Assembly: GCA_045635885.1 (NCBI GenBank)
Contig: JAZTWO010000053.1
Coordinates: 31-64,030, forward strand
Direction of reading: 5' to 3'
Source: Eubacteriales bacterium
Lineage (GTDB): Bacteria; Bacillota; Clostridia; Oscillospirales; CAG-272
Length of the DNA stretch: 64,000 bases
Shown: piece by piece, positions 28,300 to 38,400 of the stretch
Position numbering within the stretch: the first letter of the stretch is position 1
Layout: every line of letters begins with the position of its first letter
The notes under the pieces: generated by a model
The model's input: only the letters and a program-made list of their open reading frames with translations
What the model was told of the DNA's origin: nothing
Database searches by the model: none
Position numbers and translations under genes: made by a program

Positions 28300-31200
28300 A
28301 TGAAAAGCTCTAAAAAGTTAGTAGTCATTAGTGTTTGTGCAATTGCGTTGGTGTTGGCTATTCTTGGCGCAACAATTGGCGTTAGCATTTATAATGGCTT
28401 AAAAATGCCGGAAGAAATTCCGTTGACAGATCTTGCCTCTACATATGATGGTGAGATTAAAGACGAAGAAGGTAACCTTCTCGTTCCGTTTGACGTTGCG
28501 TACCCTGAAGAATTTTCAACAGGCGCGTACAAATATAACGAGGACGTGCTTCTTCTTAAACTCAAAGAAGGATTTGGTGACAAAATTAATAGCAATTTAG
28601 AAAATTGTGGTTTTGAATCCATCGAACAATTCCTTAAAACCGATAATGGAACTTGGTATCGTGCAAAGTTAACTGAGGGCACAGAAGCCAAGGTTGCTAT
28701 TCAAAAAGCACGTTCTCTTTCTGAGGTTTTGATGGCGGATTTCGACTACATATATGAAACAGGTGCAGCAGATATTGAATATGCTGACGAAGTTCAAGAA
28801 AATCCTCTTTTGGATCAACAGTACTACCTTGGACAAAGTAATATTCAAGAGGCATGGGAATATCTTGAAGAAAATGGAATTTCTGCAGGCGGTTCTTCCT
28901 CTGTTGTCGTTGCGGTTATTGATACCGGTGTGGACTATAACCACCCCGACCTCAAGGCAAATATGTGGGTTAACACAGGTGAAATACCCAATAATGGTTA
29001 TGATGATGACGGTAATGGTTATGTAGACGACTATTATGGCTGTAGTACTATTGGTTCAGAATATAACCACAATGGTAACCCCATGGATGACCATGGACAC
29101 GGAACTCACGTTGCAGGTATTATCGCTGCTTCAAATAACAAAGAGGGTATTGTTGGTATTGCATATAACGTAAAAGTTATGGCTATTAAGGCAGGTCAGG
29201 CAACAGGTGTATTTAACCAGTCTGATATTGCCGAAGCAATTATTTACGCATATCAAATGGGTGCCGACGTTATCAATATGTCATTTGGTGGCGCAGCTTG
29301 TTCAATTGCTATTCAAGATGCTCTTTCAACAGCATACACAACAGCAACTCTTGTGGCTGCTGCGGGTAATAGTTCTATGCCTAATGAGGGCTTGTATGCT
29401 TTGCCCAACTATCCTGCGGCTCTTAGCTATGTTGTGGGTGTTATGTCTGTTGATAGATATGGCACAGAGTCTGCTTTTACAAACTATGATGTAAAGGCAT
29501 TTACAAAGGTAGAATACGAAATTTATGCAGCCGGTGAAGGCATTATGAGTACACTTCCTGACGGAAGATACGGTTCACTTTCAGGTACATCCATGGCTAC
29601 TCCTATGGTTTCTGCGGCAGCTGCCATTCTTCGTTCTTACTTTACAGACCGTGATATGTATCCTTCTAAGTTCATATCTGCACAACTTTGTGCAACAAGT
29701 GAGCATTCTGCAACTTGTTGTAATCCGAGCGTACACGGTGATCACAATATACCTATGATTTTGGATATTGAAGCTGCGCTTACAAAACTTCCTAAACCCG
29801 ACATTCAGGTTTATGATTTCTATTTCTTTGATCCTCAAACATATAATGGTGTAACGTACGACAATAATAATGGTGACGGTGTTGCAGATGCAGGCGAAAC
29901 ATTGCTTGTTGGTCTTGTACTTCGTAACCGTTGGGGTATGTCAGAAAATACCCTTGTATCTGTTGATGCAAAATCATCCCTTGGTGTAGATAGTCCATAT
30001 GTTGAAATTATTCAGGGTGAAGTGAACTTTGAAGGCATTGGAACATATTCAACCAAGAGTACACTTATATATAATGAAGAAAATGTTATTATTGGAATTT
30101 CAGATCCTATAATTATTAAGATTTCTGATGATTGTCCTAACGATTATCTTGTTGGTCTTAATGTATACATGACTTACGAAAATGCCCTTGACGAAGACGA
30201 TACAACAGTTTATGAATATGGCGAAGCCGGAAGTTATGAAGTGGAATTCTGGGCGCGTAATGGTTATATTCTTCCTTCTCAGATTACAGAAGATATGACT
30301 CTTACAAAAGATAATTACTATATCATGCCCAACTCAACATACATTTATGAAGGCGTAACAGTAACAGTTGAGCCGGGCACAAAAATTCAGTTCTGGTCAG
30401 ATGACCCCAACGACCCCTATGCCGACACATATATGGCATATCTTAACGTTGCAGGTAACTTTATCTGCCAGGGAACTGAAGAAGAACCGGTAGAACTTTT
30501 CCCAAGTGACATGATGTCAAATTATAGAGTTGAAATTAGACAACAGTCTAATGCAGTGGTAGACTTAAGTTATACCACAATAACAAATCCCTATATTGAT
30601 GCTGATAATATAGATCATTGTACATTTAAATATAATTATAACGAAAATCTCTATTATCGATATCTTTCTGAAGGTAGAGTACATTATAGTTCCAGTTATG
30701 GTATGTTAAGTGCTACCAAAGTAACCAATTCATTGTTCTATAAGTGTGGCGGTGGATGGTCTTCATTTAACTTGTATGGTAATTATGAAAGTTGTTCTTT
30801 TGTAGATTCTCATTGTAGTTATGGAGGTAATTACTCTAACTGCGTATTTATGGGAAATAACAATGAGGGATACGTATCTACTATAAACATTAGTAATACA
30901 CTTTCAACCGGTGTTGATCACGTTTTGCGCAATAGCAATACTGGTACAACATATGTTGCTGTGTATTTTAATGCTAATGGTAGTGCTGCGGCGCTTAACA
31001 CAGTTAGAAAAATTGCACAAGCTTGGGGCGGCGATATTGCTTGCTTTGAAACAGAAGAAGAATGGAACTTTATTAGAAATTCTTATATTAGTAATTACTC
31101 AAGTTCGTATTATAGATGTGGAATAGGTATAGAAAGCTCCTCTTCTACAACATGGGTAAACGGAGAACCCATTGGGGACTATATTCTTAATAATTATTAT

Positions 31201-34200
31201 AAATATGATGATGGAAGCTATGGTAACTGTACCGGAAGTATATATAAACAAAGTTCATATTATTCCTCATCTATATACTTCGATAGTTCATTAAGTTACT
31301 ATCTCATTGAAATTCCCGGTAGTATTTATGTTGATCAAATCTACCTTCGTGATTATAACGTAAGCATTGACAATGAATCAACTTATCAAATTAATGCTTC
31401 GGTTGTTCCTTCAACATTCGATAAGAGTAATCTTATATATGTAAGCGAAGATGAAAGAATTGCAACCGTTTCTGAAAGCGGTCTTGTAACTCCTGTTAGC
31501 GAGGGTAAAACCCGAATCTTTGTTTACTCTCCTGACTATAAGGCATATGGTGTATTTGATATTTCTATTATAGACAAGGTTCCTGTAACAGAAGTTAAAT
31601 TTGAGGATATGATTATTGAGTTTGGCAGCTGTCTTGAAGCCATTCCCACATATTCACCAATCAACACAACTCAGCGTGGCCTTACTTACTCATCAGAGAA
31701 CACATCCGTGGCAACCGTAAATGAGTATGGTATGGTATATGCTAATGGTACCGGAACAACAAAGATTAATGTTACTGCACAAAATGGTAATACCTATAGC
31801 TTTAACGTTAAGGTTGTTTCTAAGGTAGAATCGATTAAATTTGAAAATGCTTTCTACGTAACTCATTTGAACGACATAGACGAAAGCTGGAAGCCCGTGA
31901 TTTATCCCGCAAATGCTACAGACTATGTTGTTAATTATTCATCCTCCAATGAAAATGTGGCTTATGTTGACTCTAATGGTCAGCTTGTAAGAGCGGGCAT
32001 TGGCGTGGCAACAATTCGTGCTGAAATTGAAGGAACAAATCTCTATGCCGAAATCAACGTTAGTGTAAGTGAATCTCAAATCGATTCCCCAAGTGTTGTT
32101 GATATGGACTATTACGATTATACTGTATTAGCGGTTACAGATGACGGTTCTCTTTGGGTTTGGGGAAGAGGTCAGCAATACAGTAACTATATTAACGGTT
32201 CTTGGGTATATACAAACTCCAATATTAGAGTTCCAACTAAAATAGCAAGTGGTGTTAAATCTGCTAAATTTGGTTATTTGAATAGTTCATCTTACAGCTA
32301 TATTACATATGTTAAGAATGATGGTTCATTGGGAACACTTAGTTTATCATGGTCCAGCAACAGTGTAACTGCATATGAATATAATAGGGGATATGAAAGC
32401 CAGATTACTGATAAATTGACAAAAATTTATCGTTATTCTAATTCATATTACGCATTAACTGAAAACGGAATGGTTTATGTTGGCGGCGATAACTCTTATG
32501 GTCAACTCTGTGTTGGCACAACTGAAAATCTTTCAACCTTTGCTCTTGTTGGCATTACCGATGTTAAGGATATTCTTCCTTTTGACTGTTCTGCAGCTTT
32601 CTTAACAAATGCCGGTGAGCTTTATGTGGCTGGAACATACTATAACAAATACACATCTCCACACAAATTGGATAGTGATGTATCAGAAATTAGAGGTTAT
32701 GGTAACTATTTGATTTATGAAAAGAAAGATGGATCTCAGTATTCATATTATTCTAATAATAGTGATGAACCGTCATTTTCTATATCTTCATACAGAACAT
32801 ACTATAGATATAGTGATGTATATGTAGAAAACGGAAAACTTTATTATAGTAATAGTTTGGTAAGTGGTGTTGAAAATATTGATAATATGTTTGTTTTAGA
32901 ATCTGTTTATTATGCTTTAACTGATGATGGCAGCATTTATGGATTTGGCGAAAACTCTTACTATCAGCTTGCGGATCTTACCACAACTAATAGATACTAT
33001 GAAGCAAAGAAGATTTTCTTTGGACTTGGTTCTGATAATACACTTCCAGAGGTAGAATCAAACAACCTTGAAGAAGACGTTCTTCATGATAACAAGCTTG
33101 TTATTGACTATAATGTTGGATTGTTGACATCTTCTAACTACCCCAACATCAAGGTTACAGATTCAAAGGGAATGATTGTTTACTTTGATAAGGAAATTCG
33201 TCTTGATAAGGTTATTCTTACACCTCTTTATGAATTGAAGAATGGCGAAACATATACCCTTACAATTCCAAACAATTCATTTGTTACTGCGTGGGGTAAT
33301 AGCACAAGCACATATACACTTCAATTTACTTACGCAAATACAACTGAAATTGAATTCCTTGATTCTTCAATTAAGAATGGCGAAGTTCTTACTGATGGTA
33401 ATCTTAATGCAACAATTAATTATACATTTGCAACAGCAGGTGATAATTTCTTCTCAATCTCTCTTACAAAAGACGGTCAGGCAGTGACAGGATTTAACTT
33501 CAGTGTTGACAATGGTGCTCTCACCCTTTCTGCAACAGGTCTTGAGGTTGGCGAATATACACTTAGCATTCCTCAGGGTGCGCTCTGTGATAATGTTGGT
33601 GGCGAAAATGATGAACTTGTTTACACATTAACAGTTCCTGCAGCTGAAGAGGTTGTTTATGTTCCACTTGCAATAACATATTCTTCACTTGATTCCAAAA
33701 CAAGCGGTATAGCACTTTATCCTCAGTGGGTAGTTGTGATGAACAAGGAATTTACACTTAATAGCTCTCTTATTACTCTTGTTGATGCAGAGGGTAATTC
33801 AATTGGCGTTTACACAACTGTAAACAAGAATACTCTTGTTATCTTGGCTTCTCAGTCTCTTTCACCCAATACAACTTATACCATTAGTGTTAAGAGTGGT
33901 GCATTGACTGATGAAAAGGGAGCAAAGGCAGAGGCCATTGAGGCGACATTTACAACTCTTGAACAGAGTGAACGCTTCTTGTGGACAATTGATTCCTTTG
34001 CAGAAGAATATAGAAAGGAAGTTTACAAAAACGCATTCAACTATCGTTTCTATAACAATGCAGTTCTCAACAATTTCAATGATACAAACGTTGAACATTG
34101 GCTCAGATTTATTGCCGGCGAAGGAAGCATCAATGATAAGATCGGTCTTGGTCATAACTGGTGGGGAACTACACTTGAAGAAATGATTGATCGCCAAATC

Positions 34201-35415
34201 GTTGACTTTGATGACTATCAGTCACTTAGAGATATTGTTTATACACCATACCTCACAGAAGCTCCCTCTAACACATTCCCATTTGTTGTTGCTGCATATC
34301 TTATTAACGCAAATGGCGAAAGAGTGAACAAAGTAGGCAACGAAACAGTTACATTCGTAATCGAATTCAATCGTGATATGGATACATCCATTCCTCTTCG
34401 TGTGCGCTTCGGTTCATCTGAACCATATGCAGAATACGAAATTGATGGTGAATATGTTTCCGCACGTCGTTGGGAGGGAACATACACTCTTAAGACCACA
34501 ATTGAAAACGGAAGACAGTATTTCAAAATCGAAAATGGTGCAGCGGCAGATGATGGATATCTCGCTCTTTATGAAACTGCAGGCAGATTTGGTTTCGAAA
34601 TAGACACAACAGCGGCTCAGGCACTTATTATGCTTGGTGAAGCAACAGAAAACGGAATTAAACTTACATGGACACAGGATGACTTTGATACTCTTGCAGG
34701 ATATAACGTATATCGTTCTACATCTGAAAATGGATATTATACACGTATTAACAGTTATGTAATTCCTGCAGATACTAAGGAATTCTTTGATGACACAGTT
34801 GAACCAGGTCAGCGTTACTACTACAACTTTACAGTTGTAAAAACAGACCTTTCTGAGTCAACTCCTTCAGGTAAGATTAATTTGATGTCACTTGATACTA
34901 TGGCACCAAACATTTACCATAGCCCTGTTTATACAGCGTATACAGGCTCAAATCTTCTCATATCAGCAACAGTAACTGATAATCTTGGAATCAATAAGGT
35001 GTTTGTTCATTATCGCACAGTTGGTTCTGAGGAATGGAAGACTGTTGAAATGATAGCACATAATAGCCGTTATACAGGTGTTATTCTTGCCGATTATATT
35101 GATATTGATGGCCTTGAATATTATATCGAAGCAAATGACGGACGCAATAGCACATACAAGGGCTCTGCAAACGATCCATATAGTGTTATTGTTAAACTTG
35201 CTGTGGATGCAAACTCCAAGGGTGACGTTGATGGCGACGGTGTAATTACAAACAAAGATGCACTTATGGTTCTTCAAGCAACAAATGATCTTCTCAATCT
35301 TACAGAAGAACAGTTCTTGAGAGCTGATCTTAATGACGATGGTGAACTTTCTGCTTCTGAAGCACTTAGAATTCTTCAATATGTTAGTGGCAAAGTAACA
35401 ACCATTGTTGACTAA
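28300..35415 (+). CDS. giant secreted subtilisin-like (S8) serine protease with lectin-like, Big_2, RCC1-like, Ig-like and Fn3 modules and a C-terminal dockerin
   Basis: 2371 aa with RBS AGGAG and a signal anchor. S8 catalytic triad:
- Asp in VAVIDTGVD (codon 28921-28923)
- His in HGTHVAG (29098-29100)
- Ser in GTSMATP (29590-29592)
The C-terminus carries a duplicated Ca-binding dockerin. Confidence 0.92.
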   Translation: MKSSKKLVVISVCAIALVLAILGATIGVSIYNGLKMPEEIPLTDLASTYDGEIKDEEGNLLVPFDVAYPEEFSTGAYKYNEDVLLLKLKEGFGDKINSNLENCGFESIEQFLKTDNGTWYRAKLTEGTEAKVAIQKARSLSEVLMADFDYIYETGAADIEYADEVQENPLLDQQYYLGQSNIQEAWEYLEENGISAGGSSSVVVAVIDTGVDYNHPDLKANMWVNTGEIPNNGYDDDGNGYVDDYYGCSTIGSEYNHNGNPMDDHGHGTHVAGIIAASNNKEGIVGIAYNVKVMAIKAGQATGVFNQSDIAEAIIYAYQMGADVINMSFGGAACSIAIQDALSTAYTTATLVAAAGNSSMPNEGLYALPNYPAALSYVVGVMSVDRYGTESAFTNYDVKAFTKVEYEIYAAGEGIMSTLPDGRYGSLSGTSMATPMVSAAAAILRSYFTDRDMYPSKFISAQLCATSEHSATCCNPSVHGDHNIPMILDIEAALTKLPKPDIQVYDFYFFDPQTYNGVTYDNNNGDGVADAGETLLVGLVLRNRWGMSENTLVSVDAKSSLGVDSPYVEIIQGEVNFEGIGTYSTKSTLIYNEENVIIGISDPIIIKISDDCPNDYLVGLNVYMTYENALDEDDTTVYEYGEAGSYEVEFWARNGYILPSQITEDMTLTKDNYYIMPNSTYIYEGVTVTVEPGTKIQFWSDDPNDPYADTYMAYLNVAGNFICQGTEEEPVELFPSDMMSNYRVEIRQQSNAVVDLSYTTITNPYIDADNIDHCTFKYNYNENLYYRYLSEGRVHYSSSYGMLSATKVTNSLFYKCGGGWSSFNLYGNYESCSFVDSHCSYGGNYSNCVFMGNNNEGYVSTINISNTLSTGVDHVLRNSNTGTTYVAVYFNANGSAAALNTVRKIAQAWGGDIACFETEEEWNFIRNSYISNYSSSYYRCGIGIESSSSTTWVNGEPIGDYILNNYYKYDDGSYGNCTGSIYKQSSYYSSSIYFDSSLSYYLIEIPGSIYVDQIYLRDYNVSIDNESTYQINASVVPSTFDKSNLIYVSEDERIATVSESGLVTPVSEGKTRIFVYSPDYKAYGVFDISIIDKVPVTEVKFEDMIIEFGSCLEAIPTYSPINTTQRGLTYSSENTSVATVNEYGMVYANGTGTTKINVTAQNGNTYSFNVKVVSKVESIKFENAFYVTHLNDIDESWKPVIYPANATDYVVNYSSSNENVAYVDSNGQLVRAGIGVATIRAEIEGTNLYAEINVSVSESQIDSPSVVDMDYYDYTVLAVTDDGSLWVWGRGQQYSNYINGSWVYTNSNIRVPTKIASGVKSAKFGYLNSSSYSYITYVKNDGSLGTLSLSWSSNSVTAYEYNRGYESQITDKLTKIYRYSNSYYALTENGMVYVGGDNSYGQLCVGTTENLSTFALVGITDVKDILPFDCSAAFLTNAGELYVAGTYYNKYTSPHKLDSDVSEIRGYGNYLIYEKKDGSQYSYYSNNSDEPSFSISSYRTYYRYSDVYVENGKLYYSNSLVSGVENIDNMFVLESVYYALTDDGSIYGFGENSYYQLADLTTTNRYYEAKKIFFGLGSDNTLPEVESNNLEEDVLHDNKLVIDYNVGLLTSSNYPNIKVTDSKGMIVYFDKEIRLDKVILTPLYELKNGETYTLTIPNNSFVTAWGNSTSTYTLQFTYANTTEIEFLDSSIKNGEVLTDGNLNATINYTFATAGDNFFSISLTKDGQAVTGFNFSVDNGALTLSATGLEVGEYTLSIPQGALCDNVGGENDELVYTLTVPAAEEVVYVPLAITYSSLDSKTSGIALYPQWVVVMNKEFTLNSSLITLVDAEGNSIGVYTTVNKNTLVILASQSLSPNTTYTISVKSGALTDEKGAKAEAIEATFTTLEQSERFLWTIDSFAEEYRKEVYKNAFNYRFYNNAVLNNFNDTNVEHWLRFIAGEGSINDKIGLGHNWWGTTLEEMIDRQIVDFDDYQSLRDIVYTPYLTEAPSNTFPFVVAAYLINANGERVNKVGNETVTFVIEFNRDMDTSIPLRVRFGSSEPYAEYEIDGEYVSARRWEGTYTLKTTIENGRQYFKIENGAAADDGYLALYETAGRFGFEIDTTAAQALIMLGEATENGIKLTWTQDDFDTLAGYNVYRSTSENGYYTRINSYVIPADTKEFFDDTVEPGQRYYYNFTVVKTDLSESTPSGKINLMSLDTMAPNIYHSPVYTAYTGSNLLISATVTDNLGINKVFVHYRTVGSEEWKTVEMIAHNSRYTGVILADYIDIDGLEYYIEANDGRNSTYKGSANDPYSVIVKLAVDANSKGDVDGDGVITNKDALMVLQATNDLLNLTEEQFLRADLNDDGELSASEALRILQYVSGKVTTIVD
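35221..35391 (+). other. dockerin module of the S8 protease
   Basis: GDVDGDGVITNKDALMVLQ ... ADLNDDGELSASEALRILQYVSG. This is two EF-hand-like DxDxDG loops, each followed by a helix. Confidence 0.85.
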
Positions 35416-35427
35416 CGGGTAAAGAAA

Positions 35428-38400
35428 ATGAAAATCAAAATACACTTATTAGCAATACTGTTAACTTTGATTTTAATATTTGGTTCCCTCTCTGCTTTTG
35501 CAGAGGGGGATTCCCAAATTCCAACGATTTATTCATACGATCAAGAGGTTACAGCAGGAAATTATATTACATTATATGTATATTTGTCCGACGTTGAGTC
35601 TCTTGGTGCACTTGAATTCTTTGTTTTTTATGATACCGATGTTTTTGAACTTAATTATTGCTATAAAACTAATTTAGCAAATAATCAGCAGACGTCAATT
35701 AATACTGACACGGATGGTGTTATTAGTTTTAATATGATTTCTGCAAATGGAGTAAGCGGATCAGGTTCAATTTTTTATTTTAGCTTATATGTTAAGCGAG
35801 ATACAGTGGCAGGGTCATATGGTATTACATATGCCGTGGGAGATGCGTATAACACATCTCTTGAACCTATAACCATTTCTGCAACATCTCCAAAGATCAA
35901 CGTAAAATCTCCAACTGTTCAACAACAACAAATCTATTTTTATTCATCAGGATATTATTATGACACACGCTATTTGGGTGATACAATAACAATGAGTTTT
36001 GCCGCAAATGATGCCTATGGATTTGCTTCGGGAGATTTTGAAATAGAATATGACAAAAACATTCTTGAACTTCAAGATGCTTCGTTGGGTTCACAGTTAA
36101 CTTATAACCAAAATGCAATATACTCTATTAATACAGAACTTGCTGGATATGTAAAGATCTCCTATGCTTCAACGCAGGGAATTACGGGATATACTAATCC
36201 AATAATTAGTTTAACGTTTAAAGTTATTGCAGACATTGATGCAACAACCGAAGTAAAGTTTGTCGCATCAAATCTTTACGATCAAGAATTAAATGCTATT
36301 ATTGGCGGCACAGTTTCGCAAAATCTGTACATTGGTAAACAGGTTGTTAGTGAAGAATTACCAAAAATAACCGTAAGCGGATATGATGGAACTGATGAGA
36401 ACTTTGAGGTTAGTATTATAGCTCCAGGATCAAGTAATCTTGCAGCTATTGATTTTGAAATCTATTTTGATTCAAAAAAAATATCTTGTTCCTCTGCAGA
36501 ATGTGAACTTGAAAACGGTTTTGTTGTTCATAAAATTGATAATGAAAATGGTAAAATAACATTTTCATTTATTAGCGAAAATGGTATAACCGAAGATTCT
36601 GAGTTAATTAAATTAAGCTTTACAAGAGAAGGACTTTCGGGTGGTACATCTACACTCTATGTTTATGGTAAGAATGCTGTAAATGCTGATTTTGAAAGTA
36701 TTAATTTTAGCTATGAATATTCTACATTAGCTTGTCATGTTCTTGGTGATGAAGCTAATTGTACAACTGCCCAAATTTGTACCATTTGTCATAAACAGTT
36801 TGTAGAGCCTCTTGGACACGATGTAATTTCACACGAGGGTAAGAACTCTACATGTATCGAAGAAGGTTGGCAAGAATATGTAACCTGTTCAAGATGCGAT
36901 TATACAACCTACCAATCCATTGCTTGTATTCCTCATACATCCACATATTATGAGGGTAAGGAAGCAACGTGTTTAGAAATTGGTTGGCTTGCATACGAAA
37001 TTTGTTCTGTTTGTGACTATTCAAGTTACCAAGAAATTGCGGCTTTAGGTCATAGAATATGGGGATATGATTCGGTATCACAAAATGCATTGACATATAC
37101 AAACGATTCTATGTATCCCTTTAATTATGAAAATGGATATTATTATTCAACAAACAAGTATGACTCAACCGACTCATATTTCTATATTACAGCTAATAAT
37201 GATTGTACTGTAACCATTGAATATAACGTTTCAAGCGAACAAAGCTGGGATATTCTTTACATAAAATATAATGGTATGATTTATGTAAATGCATCTGGTT
37301 CTGTGTGTTCATCAATAACATTTGAACTTACTGCGGGAGATGTTATTACTATCAATTACCATAAGGACGGAAGTGTATCAAATGGTAGTGATGTTGGTTG
37401 GTTTAAATGTACGATTTCTAATTCCTATATTCCGCTTCCTGCAGAAAATTTTGATCCCACATGTACTGATGCGGTGGTTTGTGATTTCTGTTCAGCTACA
37501 GTGAAAGAAGCATTGGGACATGATGAAACATCTCATGAAGCACAGGATGCAACCTGTACAGAAAATGGATGGGAAGCATATGTAACATGCTCAAGGTGTG
37601 ATTACACCACTTACAGTGAAATTAGTGCATTGGGTCACACATTTACTGATGCTACATGTACAAGTGCAAAAACATGTTCGGTTTGTGGTGCAACCGAAGG
37701 AGAAGCACTTGGTCATACGTGGACACAAGCTACATGCACTAGCGCAAAGACATGTATTGTTTGCGGAGTGATTGAAGGTTCATCGCTTGGTCACACATGG
37801 ACGCAAGCAACATGTACAACTGCAAAAACATGTACAGCTTGTGGTGTAACTGAAGGAGAAGCACTTGGTCATGCATGGGCAAATGCAACTTGTATAACTC
37901 CTCAAACATGTACAGTATGTGGCGTGACAGAGGGAACACCCCTCGGACACACATGGGTTGAAGCAGATATCTCCTCCCCCAAAACTTGTTCAGTGTGCGG
38001 AGTAACAGAAGGCTCGACATTGGAGCATATATGGGCGGATGCAACATGCACAACAGCAAAGATTTGTTTAATTTGTGGAACAACAGAGGGAGCAGCTCTT
38101 GGCCACGATTTTGCAAATTATATATCTAATAACAATGCAACTTGTACAGAAGATGGAACAAAGACATCAACATGTACACGTTGTTCGGTAACAAATACAA
38201 TTACAGATGAAAACTCCAAGCTTGGTCACGATATGTCATTTACAACATGTACAGAGGCATCAAAGTGTCAAAGAGATGGATGTAATCATACTGAAGGCAC
38301 AGCTTTTGGACATGATATGTTGCCTGCGACATGTACAAGTGCAAAAACATGTTGGGTTTGTGGTGTAACAGAAGGCAATGCAACTGGTCATAATTGGATT

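Noticed and set aside
30960-31300. Diversity-generating retroelement target (C-type-lectin-fold variable region)
   Set aside because: The CTLD-like segment is internal rather than C-terminal. No reverse transcriptase gene is present, and I could find no template-repeat copy of the segment in the window.
34963-35445. 160-aa minus-strand ORF spanning the protease/scaffoldin junction
   Set aside because: It is antisense to the dockerin-coding end of the protease gene and has no independent support.
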